Assembly: GCA_036397975.1 (NCBI GenBank)
Contig: DASWHW010000050.1
Location: forward strand, 109-64,108
Source of the DNA: Bacteroidota bacterium
GTDB taxonomy: Bacteria; Bacteroidota; Ignavibacteria; UBA10030; UBA6906
Direction of reading: 5' to 3'
Length of the DNA: 64,000 bases
Shown: positions 7,826 to 16,654 of the stretch, one piece after another
Position numbering within the stretch: position 1 is the stretch's first letter
How the letters are laid out: each line of letters begins with the position of its first letter
Translations under genes and position numbers: made by a program
The notes under the pieces: model-generated
The model's input: only the letters and a program-made list of their open reading frames with translations
Database searches by the model: none
What the model was told of the DNA's origin: nothing

Positions 7826-10336
7826 ATGAAAGCAGTGATAATGGCCGGTGGGTTTGGCACCCGGTTGCGTCCGCTTACATGCAATACTCCGAAGCCAATG
7901 GTGCCGATGGCGAACAAGCCCATGATGCAGCACATCGTCGCCCTTCTCAAGAAGCACGGCATCGCGGATATGATTTCGACCCTCTACTACAGTCCTGAAG
8001 TAATCACCAGCCACTTTGGCGACGGCAGCAACTTCGGGGTGTCTATGCGGTATGTGCGCGCAGAAGCTGACTATGGAACCGCGGGAAGCGTTCGGAACGC
8101 AACAAAGAGCATGGACGAGGGCATTCTCGTTATCAGTGGGGATGTTCTCACCGATTTTGACCTTACGAAAGCCATTGCCGCTCATGAGGAAAAAAAGGCG
8201 AAAGCAACAATTGTTCTCACCCACGCAAAGAACCCGCTTGCATTCGGCGTTGTCATTACAAACGAAGACGGTAAGATTACGCGCTTCCTCGAAAAGCCGT
8301 CGTGGGGCGAAGTATTCAGCGATACAATCAACACGGGCATATATATCCTCGAACCAGAAGTCCTTGAAAAGGTTCCGTATCAAGAGGATTTCGATTTCAG
8401 TAAGGACCTCTTCCCCCTCCTGCTGCGGCAAGATACCGGTCTGTATGGTTATGTTGCAGATGGGTATTGGCGCGACGTTGGAAATTTGAACGAGTATCAG
8501 GAAGCGCACATCGATGTGCTCCAGGGCTTAGCCCACGTTGATTTCGACGGAGAGAAGAGGGGATCATTGTACCTCGGTGAAGGTACTTCTATCGGACAGG
8601 ACAACGTTCATATTTCTGGAACGGTGCTTATCGGAAAAAACTGTTCCATCGCCGACAGGGTTCATCTTTCTAACTGCGTCATCGGGGACAATTGCTCCAT
8701 TGGTGAAGGCGTTCATATTACAAATTCCGTCATATGGAACGACGTGATTATTGGGCACAATGCCGAACTCACGTCCGACGTCATCGGAACAAAATGCTCC
8801 ATTGGCGAGAAGGCCGTTATCGCGGACAACGTCTTCATTAGTGATTCGTGCTGGATCGGGAGGAGGGCGAAGCTTTCCGCAAACATCAAACTATGGCCGG
8901 AGAAAGTCGTTGAAGAAGGGGCAGTGCTTACCCGCAGCCTGGTCTGGGAAGACAAATGGCTCAGAGAGCTCTTTACGGAATCCAGGATTACCGGACTGTC
9001 GAACATTGAGATGAACCCTGAATTTGGAGCAAAACTCGGCGCTGCATACGGTGCGTTCATTGGCACCGGCAAGACGGTGGTCACTTGTCGCGATTCGGAC
9101 AATGTCTCCCGAATGATGAACCGCGCACTGATTTGCGGTCTCATTTCCGCCGGAGTGGACACGTTTGATCTTCGCGCAATCTCCATCCCACTTCTACGAC
9201 ACGAACTTAGCAGCGGCCGTGAAGCCGGTGGTATTCATGTGCGTCGCTCTCCGTCGGACAAAACTCTTACCGATATCATCTTCTTCGATGCCGACGGCAA
9301 GGATTTACCGACCAAGAAGACAAAATCGGTGGAGCGACTCTTTCTTGGCGAGGATTTTCCACGAGCCCCACGTGAATCGGTAGGATCCATCTCGTTCCCT
9401 GAACGAACGACGGAAATTTACCGGCAGAAATTTCTTTCGTCGATTGATATCCCCACTATCAACAAGAGCGCTTTCAAGATCGTCATCGACTATTCCAATG
9501 GCGTGGCATCGACAATCTTCCCTATCATTCTCGGTTCGTTTGAGTGTCAGGTGGTTGCTCTCAATGCGCACCTTGACCCTCGAAAGCTTACCCGGGACAA
9601 GGATGAATGGGATTACTCATTACAACAGCTCTCCCACATTGTTACCTCTTTAAAGTACGACGTAGGCTGTCTCATCGATGCAGGCGGTGAGAAGCTCTAT
9701 ATGGTAAATGAACGTGGTGAACAGATTGACAGCGCCCGACTACTTACCATTGTGGCTGATCTGCATATGCGAACGGACCCAAATGTTCGTGCTGTCGCCG
9801 TCCCGATCACTTCCTCGGGAGAAATTGATGTCGTTGCCCGGAAGCACGATGTCGAGGTTATTCGCACTCGCGACAGCCACCTCGCGATGATGGAAGAAGC
9901 GGCAAAAAAGAGTGCCCAGTTTGTCGGAGGAACCAAGGGGGGATTCATATTCACAGACTTTTTCTTTGCGACAGACGCGATGTACTCCGTTGCAAAGATT
10001 CTCGAAATGATGGGGAAGACCGGAAAACGGCTTGGAGAAATTGATAGAGAAATCCCGAAACTCTTTGCAACCCGCCGCGCTGTCAACTGCTCGTGGGAAC
10101 ACAAGGGAAAAGTAATGCGTCACATCATGAATGACTCTAACGGACTTCGGCGGGATCTGGTGGATGGAGTGAAGATCCATATTGGCAACGGTGAAGGAAG
10201 TGCGTCAGCACTGCTGATCCCTGATAAAGAACGGCCATTGTTCCACATCAGTGCAGAAGCAAAAGATCAAAAGACAGCAGATGAACTTGCCAGCGAATAC
10301 GAGAAGAAAATCATTCGATGGCGTGATGAACCATAG
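7826..10336 (+). CDS. Bifunctional sugar-phosphate nucleotidyltransferase (GDP-mannose pyrophosphorylase-like, with left-handed beta-helix) fused to a phosphomannomutase/phosphoglucomutase-like domain
   Basis: N-terminus MKAVIMAGGFGTRLRPLT (NTP-transferase G-loop); hexapeptide-repeat region; C-terminal ~450 aa alpha-D-phosphohexomutase-like. The ORF track starts at 7745 but the ATG at 7826 matches the family N-terminus. Confidence 0.85.
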   Translation: MKAVIMAGGFGTRLRPLTCNTPKPMVPMANKPMMQHIVALLKKHGIADMISTLYYSPEVITSHFGDGSNFGVSMRYVRAEADYGTAGSVRNATKSMDEGILVISGDVLTDFDLTKAIAAHEEKKAKATIVLTHAKNPLAFGVVITNEDGKITRFLEKPSWGEVFSDTINTGIYILEPEVLEKVPYQEDFDFSKDLFPLLLRQDTGLYGYVADGYWRDVGNLNEYQEAHIDVLQGLAHVDFDGEKRGSLYLGEGTSIGQDNVHISGTVLIGKNCSIADRVHLSNCVIGDNCSIGEGVHITNSVIWNDVIIGHNAELTSDVIGTKCSIGEKAVIADNVFISDSCWIGRRAKLSANIKLWPEKVVEEGAVLTRSLVWEDKWLRELFTESRITGLSNIEMNPEFGAKLGAAYGAFIGTGKTVVTCRDSDNVSRMMNRALICGLISAGVDTFDLRAISIPLLRHELSSGREAGGIHVRRSPSDKTLTDIIFFDADGKDLPTKKTKSVERLFLGEDFPRAPRESVGSISFPERTTEIYRQKFLSSIDIPTINKSAFKIVIDYSNGVASTIFPIILGSFECQVVALNAHLDPRKLTRDKDEWDYSLQQLSHIVTSLKYDVGCLIDAGGEKLYMVNERGEQIDSARLLTIVADLHMRTDPNVRAVAVPITSSGEIDVVARKHDVEVIRTRDSHLAMMEEAAKKSAQFVGGTKGGFIFTDFFFATDAMYSVAKILEMMGKTGKRLGEIDREIPKLFATRRAVNCSWEHKGKVMRHIMNDSNGLRRDLVDGVKIHIGNGEGSASALLIPDKERPLFHISAEAKDQKTADELASEYEKKIIRWRDEP

Positions 10337-10349
10337 GAGTAGATAATAC

Positions 10350-10820
10350 ATGAAGATCAGCGATATATTGAACGAGCAACTGGTGGTCACGGGCTTAAAG
10401 GGTAATACCAAAGAAGAAATTATTAACGCGATGATTGATCTCGTCTCCACCTCCTCCCGTGTGCAGGATAAGGAACGGGTGAGGCAGGCGATATTCGATC
10501 GCGAAAAGATCATGTCCACAGGCGTCGGCAACGGCTTCGCCATCCCTCATGGCAAGACAGAAGCTGTGAGCGACATTGTTGCCGCGTTTGCAGTGACGGA
10601 ACAGCCCATCGACTATCAATCGCTCGACGCCAAACCTGTTCGCCTGGTGTTCCTCCTTGTTGGTAAAGAGAATATGGTCGGCCCTCATATCAAACTCCTC
10701 AGTCGCATTTCCCGCCTGATGAATAAGGAAGATTTTCGGAAACGTCTTCTTGACCTCGGATCTTCCAAGGAAATCCTGGAGGTCTTCAAGCAAGAAGAGG
10801 CAACCTATTTTGACATGTAA
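10350..10820 (+). CDS. ptsN: PTS IIA-type nitrogen regulatory protein (EIIA-Ntr, PtsN)
   Basis: 156 aa; PTS_EIIA_2 fold with AIPHGK phospho-His motif. Confidence 0.8.
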   Translation: MKISDILNEQLVVTGLKGNTKEEIINAMIDLVSTSSRVQDKERVRQAIFDREKIMSTGVGNGFAIPHGKTEAVSDIVAAFAVTEQPIDYQSLDAKPVRLVFLLVGKENMVGPHIKLLSRISRLMNKEDFRKRLLDLGSSKEILEVFKQEEATYFDM

Positions 10821-10835
10821 ATTCACCCCCTTCCC

Positions 10836-11270
10836 TTGTTTCGCGAGCATGGTACCAGGTTCACAGTGAAAAAAAAACCGACACAGGAGGCAGAGTACCG
10901 GCTTCTCATTGAGCCTTTTTTGAATGAACGGGATCAGAAGATTAGAGTGGCTTTCCGACTTGAAACCACAAAGCATTTCACCGCCTTTCAATATGAAATC
11001 GCCGTCGAGGATTCTCTTGAGGATCACACAATCCACTATCGTTTACACGGCTTGAAGGCCCCTCCACTCAGCCTCCCTTCAACCGGACCCGCGCAGTTTC
11101 GAAAAGATTATGATGCGCTCAAAGGAGTGTACGAAATCATCATAGAGTCTCTTGACGGAACAAGGAATACGTTTAGCGTTCGGATCAACACGAGCGGAGC
11201 GACATTGCTGAAGCAGCCACGTCAACGCTTTGTCGAAGTAATTGTAGGAAAAACCATTGCAGGACAATAG
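10836..11270 (+). CDS. Hypothetical protein (no recognisable domain)
   Basis: 144-aa ORF, TTG start in the track (in-frame GTG at 10866 possible); contains an A9 run encoding KKK; 15 nt after ptsN. Confidence 0.5.
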   Translation: MFREHGTRFTVKKKPTQEAEYRLLIEPFLNERDQKIRVAFRLETTKHFTAFQYEIAVEDSLEDHTIHYRLHGLKAPPLSLPSTGPAQFRKDYDALKGVYEIIIESLDGTRNTFSVRINTSGATLLKQPRQRFVEVIVGKTIAGQ

Positions 11271-11279
11271 AGCATAGAT

Positions 11280-12164
11280 ATGATTCCGATTCTCTTTGAA
11301 ATTGGTCCGATCAAGATCTATAGTTATGGGTTGATGCTTGGGATCGCGTTCCTGAGCGGGAACTATATCCTCGCAGGAGAACTCAAGAAACGCTCCATCA
11401 CTCCTGAGCTGGCAAGCACGATAACACTTCTCTCAGTCGTGTTCGGTTTACTGGGAGCAAAACTACTTCACTTAATTGAGAATTGGAATGAATTTCTGGC
11501 CGATCCCTTGACCGCTTTTTCCCCGGGAGGCCTCACATGGTACGGCGGCTTCGTTCTCGGAATGGGTGTCATTATTTGGTATGTGCGGAAGAAGCACATT
11601 CCCTATCGCCGTTTTCTCGACGCCCTGGGAATCGCACTGATACTTGCATACGGCATCGGGCGGGTTGGCTGTCATCTGGCGGGAGACGGCGACTACGGCT
11701 CACCCACTACTCTCCCATGGGGTGTGTTGTATGCGAAAGGAACAGCAAAGCCGACGACGATGTTGAGTGAGTATTTTCAGCATAACCCGGAGGAGGGCGC
11801 TCGCTGGCACTACGATTCACTCCGTGTGATCCCGGCAGGTAGGGATGCGCTTGGCCACTCGTACAATAAGTTCGATGAAACCACTCCGCTCCATCCGACA
11901 CCATTGTACGAATTACTCCTGGGGATCATCGGGTTTATGGTGCTTCGCAAGGTTGCTCCAAGATTCACCGTTGACGGTCAGCTTTTTATGCTCTACCTGA
12001 TGCTTGCAGCGCTGTTTCGTTTCAGCGTGGAGTTTCTCCGACTTCAACCAAAAATCTTCTTTGGATTATCCGAGGCCCAGCTGATTGCAACCGCTCTCTT
12101 TCTCGTCGGGGCGGTCGGCATTGGTGTCATGAAGAAGAAGAATCCTACCCTCTCTGGCGCATGA
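11280..12164 (+). CDS. lgt: Prolipoprotein diacylglyceryl transferase
   Basis: 294 aa; Lgt motifs YGLMLGIAFL, GRVGCHLAGDGDYG, TPLHPTPLYE. Confidence 0.9.
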   Translation: MIPILFEIGPIKIYSYGLMLGIAFLSGNYILAGELKKRSITPELASTITLLSVVFGLLGAKLLHLIENWNEFLADPLTAFSPGGLTWYGGFVLGMGVIIWYVRKKHIPYRRFLDALGIALILAYGIGRVGCHLAGDGDYGSPTTLPWGVLYAKGTAKPTTMLSEYFQHNPEEGARWHYDSLRVIPAGRDALGHSYNKFDETTPLHPTPLYELLLGIIGFMVLRKVAPRFTVDGQLFMLYLMLAALFRFSVEFLRLQPKIFFGLSEAQLIATALFLVGAVGIGVMKKKNPTLSGA

Positions 12165-12406
12165 TCACCGTTGAGCTCTTCACCAGGGAAGGCTGCTCAC
12201 TTTGCGAAGAAGCCCATGTAGTTCTTAAAAGGGTTCGGGCGGATCATCCGTTTCATCTGACAATAACATACATCCGTCCGGGTGAACCTCTTTTCGACCA
12301 ATACACAGAATCCGTGCCGGTTGTCCATGTGAATGGGTCTTTCCACTGCAAGTTCAAAGTCGATGAAAAATCATTCCGAAGTAAACTTACCTCACTCACT
12401 CCATGA
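12161..12406 (+). CDS. Glutaredoxin-like thioredoxin-fold protein (DUF836-like)
   Basis: 81 aa; CSLC redox motif near the N-terminus; 4-nt overlap with the lgt stop. Confidence 0.65.
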   Translation: MITVELFTREGCSLCEEAHVVLKRVRADHPFHLTITYIRPGEPLFDQYTESVPVVHVNGSFHCKFKVDEKSFRSKLTSLTP

Positions 12407-12612
12407 AACTCCTTGCCAAATCCCTTGAAGCTCTTGGTATCGCTTGCGTGATTATTGGCTGGGCTCAGACATTTGCGGGAAACAATACGTGGTTCGAGTT
12501 GTATTTTTTTATTGGCGTTGGAATTTTCCTGGTAGGATGGTGGATAGAGAAACGTACCACAGAAGGAAAATCAGCTGACGCTCCGAACACCATCACTAAA
12601 GAAAAAGGATGA
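12403..12612 (+). CDS. Small two-TM membrane protein, hypothetical
   Basis: 69 aa; two hydrophobic helices (GIACVIIGWAQTF; YFFIGVGIFLVGWWI); translationally coupled on both sides (ATGA overlaps). Confidence 0.5.
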   Translation: MKLLAKSLEALGIACVIIGWAQTFAGNNTWFELYFFIGVGIFLVGWWIEKRTTEGKSADAPNTITKEKG

Positions 12613-13364
12613 CCACCAAGGAAAACGTCATCGGCGGACGAAATCCCGTTCTGGAGGCCCTCAAGTCCAGTGCATCGGTCAAACGTATAGTATTGCTCAC
12701 AGGAATTCATGGACGGGTGATCGATGAAATAAAGGCGCTCGCATCACAAAAGCGAGTGTCAACCTCCGAAGTGGGAAAGACAGAATTCCACGCATTGACA
12801 AATGATCCGTCCACGCAGGGCGTCATTGCCATAGTTGAAACAACCCCCCAGGTCGATTTGGCCTCGATTCTCCAATCCGTCAAAAGCAAAAAAGAAGCGG
12901 GCTTCCTTCTCATCCTGGATGAAATCGAGGACCCGCAAAATCTCGGTGCGTTGATTCGATCGGCGGATTGCACCGGTGTTCACGGCGTGGTCATTCCAAA
13001 ACATCACGCCGCATCCGTCAACAGTACGGTGGTGAAAGCATCCGCCGGCGCAACAGCTTATGTTCCCGTTGCGGAAGTAACAAACGTTGCCACAACCATT
13101 AAGCAGCTCAAGGAAAATGGCTATTGGGTGACCGGACTTGACGCAAACGCCGATCAACTCTTTTCTGCGGTAGATTACAAAGGGCACGTTGCTATCGTTA
13201 TCGGCAGCGAAGGGCGGGGTATCAGAAGACTGGTACGCGAGCAGTGCGACTTTCTCGTCCGCATTCCGCTGAAAGGGAGAATTGAATCACTCAATGCATC
13301 CGTCGCTGGGGCATTGGTCATGTATGAAGTGCTACGTCAACGAGCGCTCCCGGGGAATACGTGA
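12609..13364 (+). CDS. rlmB: TrmH/SpoU-family 23S rRNA (Gm2251) 2'-O-methyltransferase RlmB-like
   Basis: 251 aa; SpoU motifs DPQNLGALIRSADCTGVHGVVIP and ESLNASVA. Confidence 0.8.
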   Translation: MTTKENVIGGRNPVLEALKSSASVKRIVLLTGIHGRVIDEIKALASQKRVSTSEVGKTEFHALTNDPSTQGVIAIVETTPQVDLASILQSVKSKKEAGFLLILDEIEDPQNLGALIRSADCTGVHGVVIPKHHAASVNSTVVKASAGATAYVPVAEVTNVATTIKQLKENGYWVTGLDANADQLFSAVDYKGHVAIVIGSEGRGIRRLVREQCDFLVRIPLKGRIESLNASVAGALVMYEVLRQRALPGNT

Positions 13365-14524
13365 CGTATTTTTCTCATCTTGAATGTTCCTACTGCAGTG
13401 CCCGGTACGAGAAAGGAACTCTCCTGAATCTCTGCACAAATCCCAAATGCCGCCTCCCTCTCCTCGCGGTGTACGACGTCTCCAAAAAAATTTCCAGAGA
13501 TTCTCTTGTTGGTCGGGCGCCATCAATGTGGCGGTACAGGGAAATGCTTCCCGTCGAGAGCGACGACAATATCATTTCCCTCGGGGAAGGGATGACGCCC
13601 TTACTCCATGCAGAGAGACTCGGAAGACTGATAGGGTGTTCCAACCTTCTTATCAAAGACGAATCTCTCTGTCCAACTGGCTCATTCAAGGCACGCGGTC
13701 TAGCCATGGCTGTCTCGATGGCCAAGCAACTCGGAGTCCTAAAGTGTGCAATCCCCACAGCGGGGAATGCCGGAGGCGCTCTCAGCGCCTACTGCGCAAA
13801 AGCAGGCATTGAGGCACATGTGTTCATGCCTCGTGACACGCCGGACATCTTCCGCATTGAATGCGAATACTATGGCGCTCACGTCACCCTCGTAGACGGT
13901 CTCATCACTGACTGCGGAAGGATCGTTCAGGAACGAAAAGACCACGAGGGATGGTTTGACGTTTCTACCCTCAAAGAACCTTATCGAGTCGAAGGGAAGA
14001 AGACGATGGGATATGAGATCGCCGAACAGTCTGACTGGCAATTGCCGGATGTCATTGTGTACCCGACGGGAGGCGGGACCGGCATGATCGGCATGTGGAA
14101 GGCATTCGCGGAAATGGAAAAACTCGGGTGGATGGACGCCCGGCGGCCTCGCATGATTGCGGTTCAGGCCTCAGGCTGTGCCCCGATTATTGATGCCTGG
14201 ACAAAGGGAGAAGAATTTTCAAAACCGTTTCCCAACGCCCAAACACTCGCATCCGGTTTGCGCGTGCCAAAAGCTATCGGAGATTTTCTTGTACTCCGGG
14301 CAGTGCGGGAAAGCAACGGAACCGCCATTGCCGTCAGTGATGATGAGATCGTGGAAGGGGTAAGAGATATCGCGCGCGCCGAAGGGATCTTTGCCGCACC
14401 CGAAGGAGGGGCAACATTCGCGGCCCTGAGGCAACTGGTCGCGGTTGGCAAGGTGAGTCCGGAGGAAACTGTTGTTTTGTTCAACACAGGAACCGCCTAC
14501 AAATACATTCAAAACCTTCCATGA
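13361..14524 (+). CDS. thrC: Threonine synthase (with N-terminal zinc-ribbon)
   Basis: 387 aa; N-terminal CSYCS...CTNPKC zinc ribbon; PLP lysine motif SFKARG. Confidence 0.85.
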   Translation: MTYFSHLECSYCSARYEKGTLLNLCTNPKCRLPLLAVYDVSKKISRDSLVGRAPSMWRYREMLPVESDDNIISLGEGMTPLLHAERLGRLIGCSNLLIKDESLCPTGSFKARGLAMAVSMAKQLGVLKCAIPTAGNAGGALSAYCAKAGIEAHVFMPRDTPDIFRIECEYYGAHVTLVDGLITDCGRIVQERKDHEGWFDVSTLKEPYRVEGKKTMGYEIAEQSDWQLPDVIVYPTGGGTGMIGMWKAFAEMEKLGWMDARRPRMIAVQASGCAPIIDAWTKGEEFSKPFPNAQTLASGLRVPKAIGDFLVLRAVRESNGTAIAVSDDEIVEGVRDIARAEGIFAAPEGGATFAALRQLVAVGKVSPEETVVLFNTGTAYKYIQNLP

Positions 14525-14527
14525 GAA

Positions 14528-15892
14528 TCAGGAACGGTCCTCTTCTCGATTGAGCCCAAACTTCTTCATCTTGTTGTAGAGATGACTCCGCTGAATGTCC
14601 AATGACTCCGCGGTCTTGCTGATATTCCAGTTGTGGGACTCGAGCTGTTTCTTGATATAAGCAGCTTCGGCCCGATCCTTAAAGTCCTGGAAGGTCCCGC
14701 CAATGTTCAGAAGATCATCAGGACTACTTTTCCCAACGAGAGGGCCCTGGTCGATTTCCGACGCCGCAATCATCGCACTGGAATTCATAATGACGAGGCG
14801 CTCCACAACATTCCGCAGTTCGCGTACATTTCCACTCCAATCCATAGCCTGTAGTTTCCGAAGCGCATCATCTGTAAACTTCACAGGACGCATTCCATAC
14901 TGGGTACAAATACCCTCCGCGAATGACACCGCAAGCAACGGAATATCCTCGCGTCTCTCTCGCAGGGGAGGAACGACGATGGGAATAACATTCAGTCGAT
15001 GGAAAAGATCCTCCCGGAATCTCCCTTCCTTGATGGCAACTGGAAGATCATGATTCGTTGCTGCAAGAACGCGGACGTCAGTCGAAATCTGCTTGTTGCC
15101 CCCTACCCGCTCTACTTTGCCCTCTTCCAATACGCGAAGGACTTTCGCCTGCGCCTTAAGATTCATATCCCCAATCTCATCGAGAAAAATAATTCCCCCG
15201 TCGGCAAGCTCAAATTTTCCAACGCGCTGTGTGGTTGCGCCGGTAAATGAGCCCTTTTCATGGCCAAACAACTCAGACTCAATGAGTTCGTTTGGAATCG
15301 CGGCACAGTTCACCTCCACGAGGGGCTTCCCGTTTCTCTTGCTCTGTCGATGAATGGCCCGAGCGACTAGTTCTTTCCCAACTCCATTTTCACCCGTAAT
15401 CAACACCTTTGCATCAGTCTGAGCGACCTTCCCGATGAGAGCAAGAACTTCTTTTATCTTCGGACTTTCACCGAGAATCTCACCTTGCCCACGCACCTTC
15501 TCCAGCATTTCTTTGTTTTCCGAGAGAAGCTGCTTTCTTTCGATTGCGTTCCTTGTAACAATAAGCAGCTTGTCTCTGTCCAACGGCTTCGGCAGGAAGT
15601 CATACGCACCGAGTTTTGTTGCCTCCACCGCGGTCTCGATCGTTCCATGACCGGAGATCATCACCACGGGAAGTTCCGGCTGGATTTCCCTTATTTTTTC
15701 CAATACCTTCAGGCCATCGATTCCGGCCATTTTGATGTCAAGAAGAACCAGGTCGAACGTATCTTCAACAACCTTCGTCAACGCTGCCTGACCGTTCTCT
15801 GCAAAAGTAACACGATACTTGGCATACTCGAGAATCATTTTCAATGAATCGCGAATAGCTTTTTCGTCATCCACCACTAGCACTGATTTCAT
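14528..15892 (-). CDS. Sigma54-dependent NtrC-family response regulator (REC + AAA+ sigma54-activator + Fis-type HTH)
   Basis: 454 aa; REC D-box VVDDE...LLDIKM; Walker A GENGVGKE; GSFTGA (GAFTGA-like) loop; C-terminal HTH; its ATG overlaps the upstream gene's TGA (ATGA). Confidence 0.9.
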   Translation of the reverse strand: MKSVLVVDDEKAIRDSLKMILEYAKYRVTFAENGQAALTKVVEDTFDLVLLDIKMAGIDGLKVLEKIREIQPELPVVMISGHGTIETAVEATKLGAYDFLPKPLDRDKLLIVTRNAIERKQLLSENKEMLEKVRGQGEILGESPKIKEVLALIGKVAQTDAKVLITGENGVGKELVARAIHRQSKRNGKPLVEVNCAAIPNELIESELFGHEKGSFTGATTQRVGKFELADGGIIFLDEIGDMNLKAQAKVLRVLEEGKVERVGGNKQISTDVRVLAATNHDLPVAIKEGRFREDLFHRLNVIPIVVPPLRERREDIPLLAVSFAEGICTQYGMRPVKFTDDALRKLQAMDWSGNVRELRNVVERLVIMNSSAMIAASEIDQGPLVGKSSPDDLLNIGGTFQDFKDRAEAAYIKKQLESHNWNISKTAESLDIQRSHLYNKMKKFGLNREEDRS

Positions 15893-16644
15893 CGTATTAC
15901 CTCAAGAGAATCACTTATTTGCCTAATTTGCTGTGCGGTAGGGACTGTAACGTCCAAAAACCTCGAGGGACGCGTTGGTCCGCCCTGCAGCAATGCAGCA
16001 CCAAAAAGCTGCCCTTGTTTATTCGCTCGCATATCTCGATCGTCCAATGCACCTTCAACAATAATTCGCTCCTCCCAGACTTCGATAAAGGCGCCGAGCG
16101 CTTCCGCCTGTTCCGGTCGCTCACTTACATACGTTACAAAGGCCGAGCCGAAGAAGTGCTGGAGTTTGTCCCGATCTCCATCCGGCCCGGACGGAGAATC
16201 ATGATAGAGTTGCCCCGGCAGAGCGTGCACACGACGTTGGAACTCTTCCTGGAATTCTGACGTCAGCGGAATCCACAGAAGGGGGCCGATAACCGGAAGA
16301 TTAATCCCCACGGTTCGATGATCAAGGGTCGCAATCAACGAGATAAAAAGTGCTTCGTAAATGTTATTCCAGCTTAGGCGAACGGCCTGATAAAAGATCG
16401 CGTCGAGCGAACGGTCGTCTCCGTACGATCTCCGAAACTCGGAGAATTCTTCCCCCTGAATGTATAGCCGAAGACTCTGAACATCGTTAAACAGCTTTGG
16501 AAGAAAGAATGGAGCGAAGAAGCTGACAAGTTCTGGAATAGGATCCAGAGGGGCGAACCTCGGGACGCGCGTCGAATCCTGCGCGAAAAGAACGCTGACG
16601 CAGAACGGAACCAAGAACAAACTAGCAGCTATTCCCTGGTGCAC
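15889..16644 (-). CDS. Hypothetical secreted protein (signal peptide; no recognisable domain)
   Basis: The track ORF 15889..16851 overlaps the upstream carboxyltransferase by ~200 nt; an in-frame GTG at 16644 gives a classical signal peptide VHQGIAASLFLVPFCVSVLFAQ and sits 11 nt after that gene's stop. Confidence 0.55.
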   Translation of the reverse strand: MHQGIAASLFLVPFCVSVLFAQDSTRVPRFAPLDPIPELVSFFAPFFLPKLFNDVQSLRLYIQGEEFSEFRRSYGDDRSLDAIFYQAVRLSWNNIYEALFISLIATLDHRTVGINLPVIGPLLWIPLTSEFQEEFQRRVHALPGQLYHDSPSGPDGDRDKLQHFFGSAFVTYVSERPEQAEALGAFIEVWEERIIVEGALDDRDMRANKQGQLFGAALLQGGPTRPSRFLDVTVPTAQQIRQISDSLEVIR

Positions 16645-16654
16645 GACTCGTTCG

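Noticed and set aside
7845-7860. TGGCAC-N5-TGCG inside the nucleotidyltransferase coding region, and TGGCACcaatgAACCT at 30812
   Set aside because: Both are partial sigma54-like matches. The -12 element is off-register or absent, and the first lies inside a coding sequence.
10866-10874. A9 homopolymer at the 5' end of the hypothetical gene as a phase-variation switch
   Set aside because: Nine adenines is marginal for slipped-strand mispairing and there is no second tract or invertible element. It is kept only as a note.
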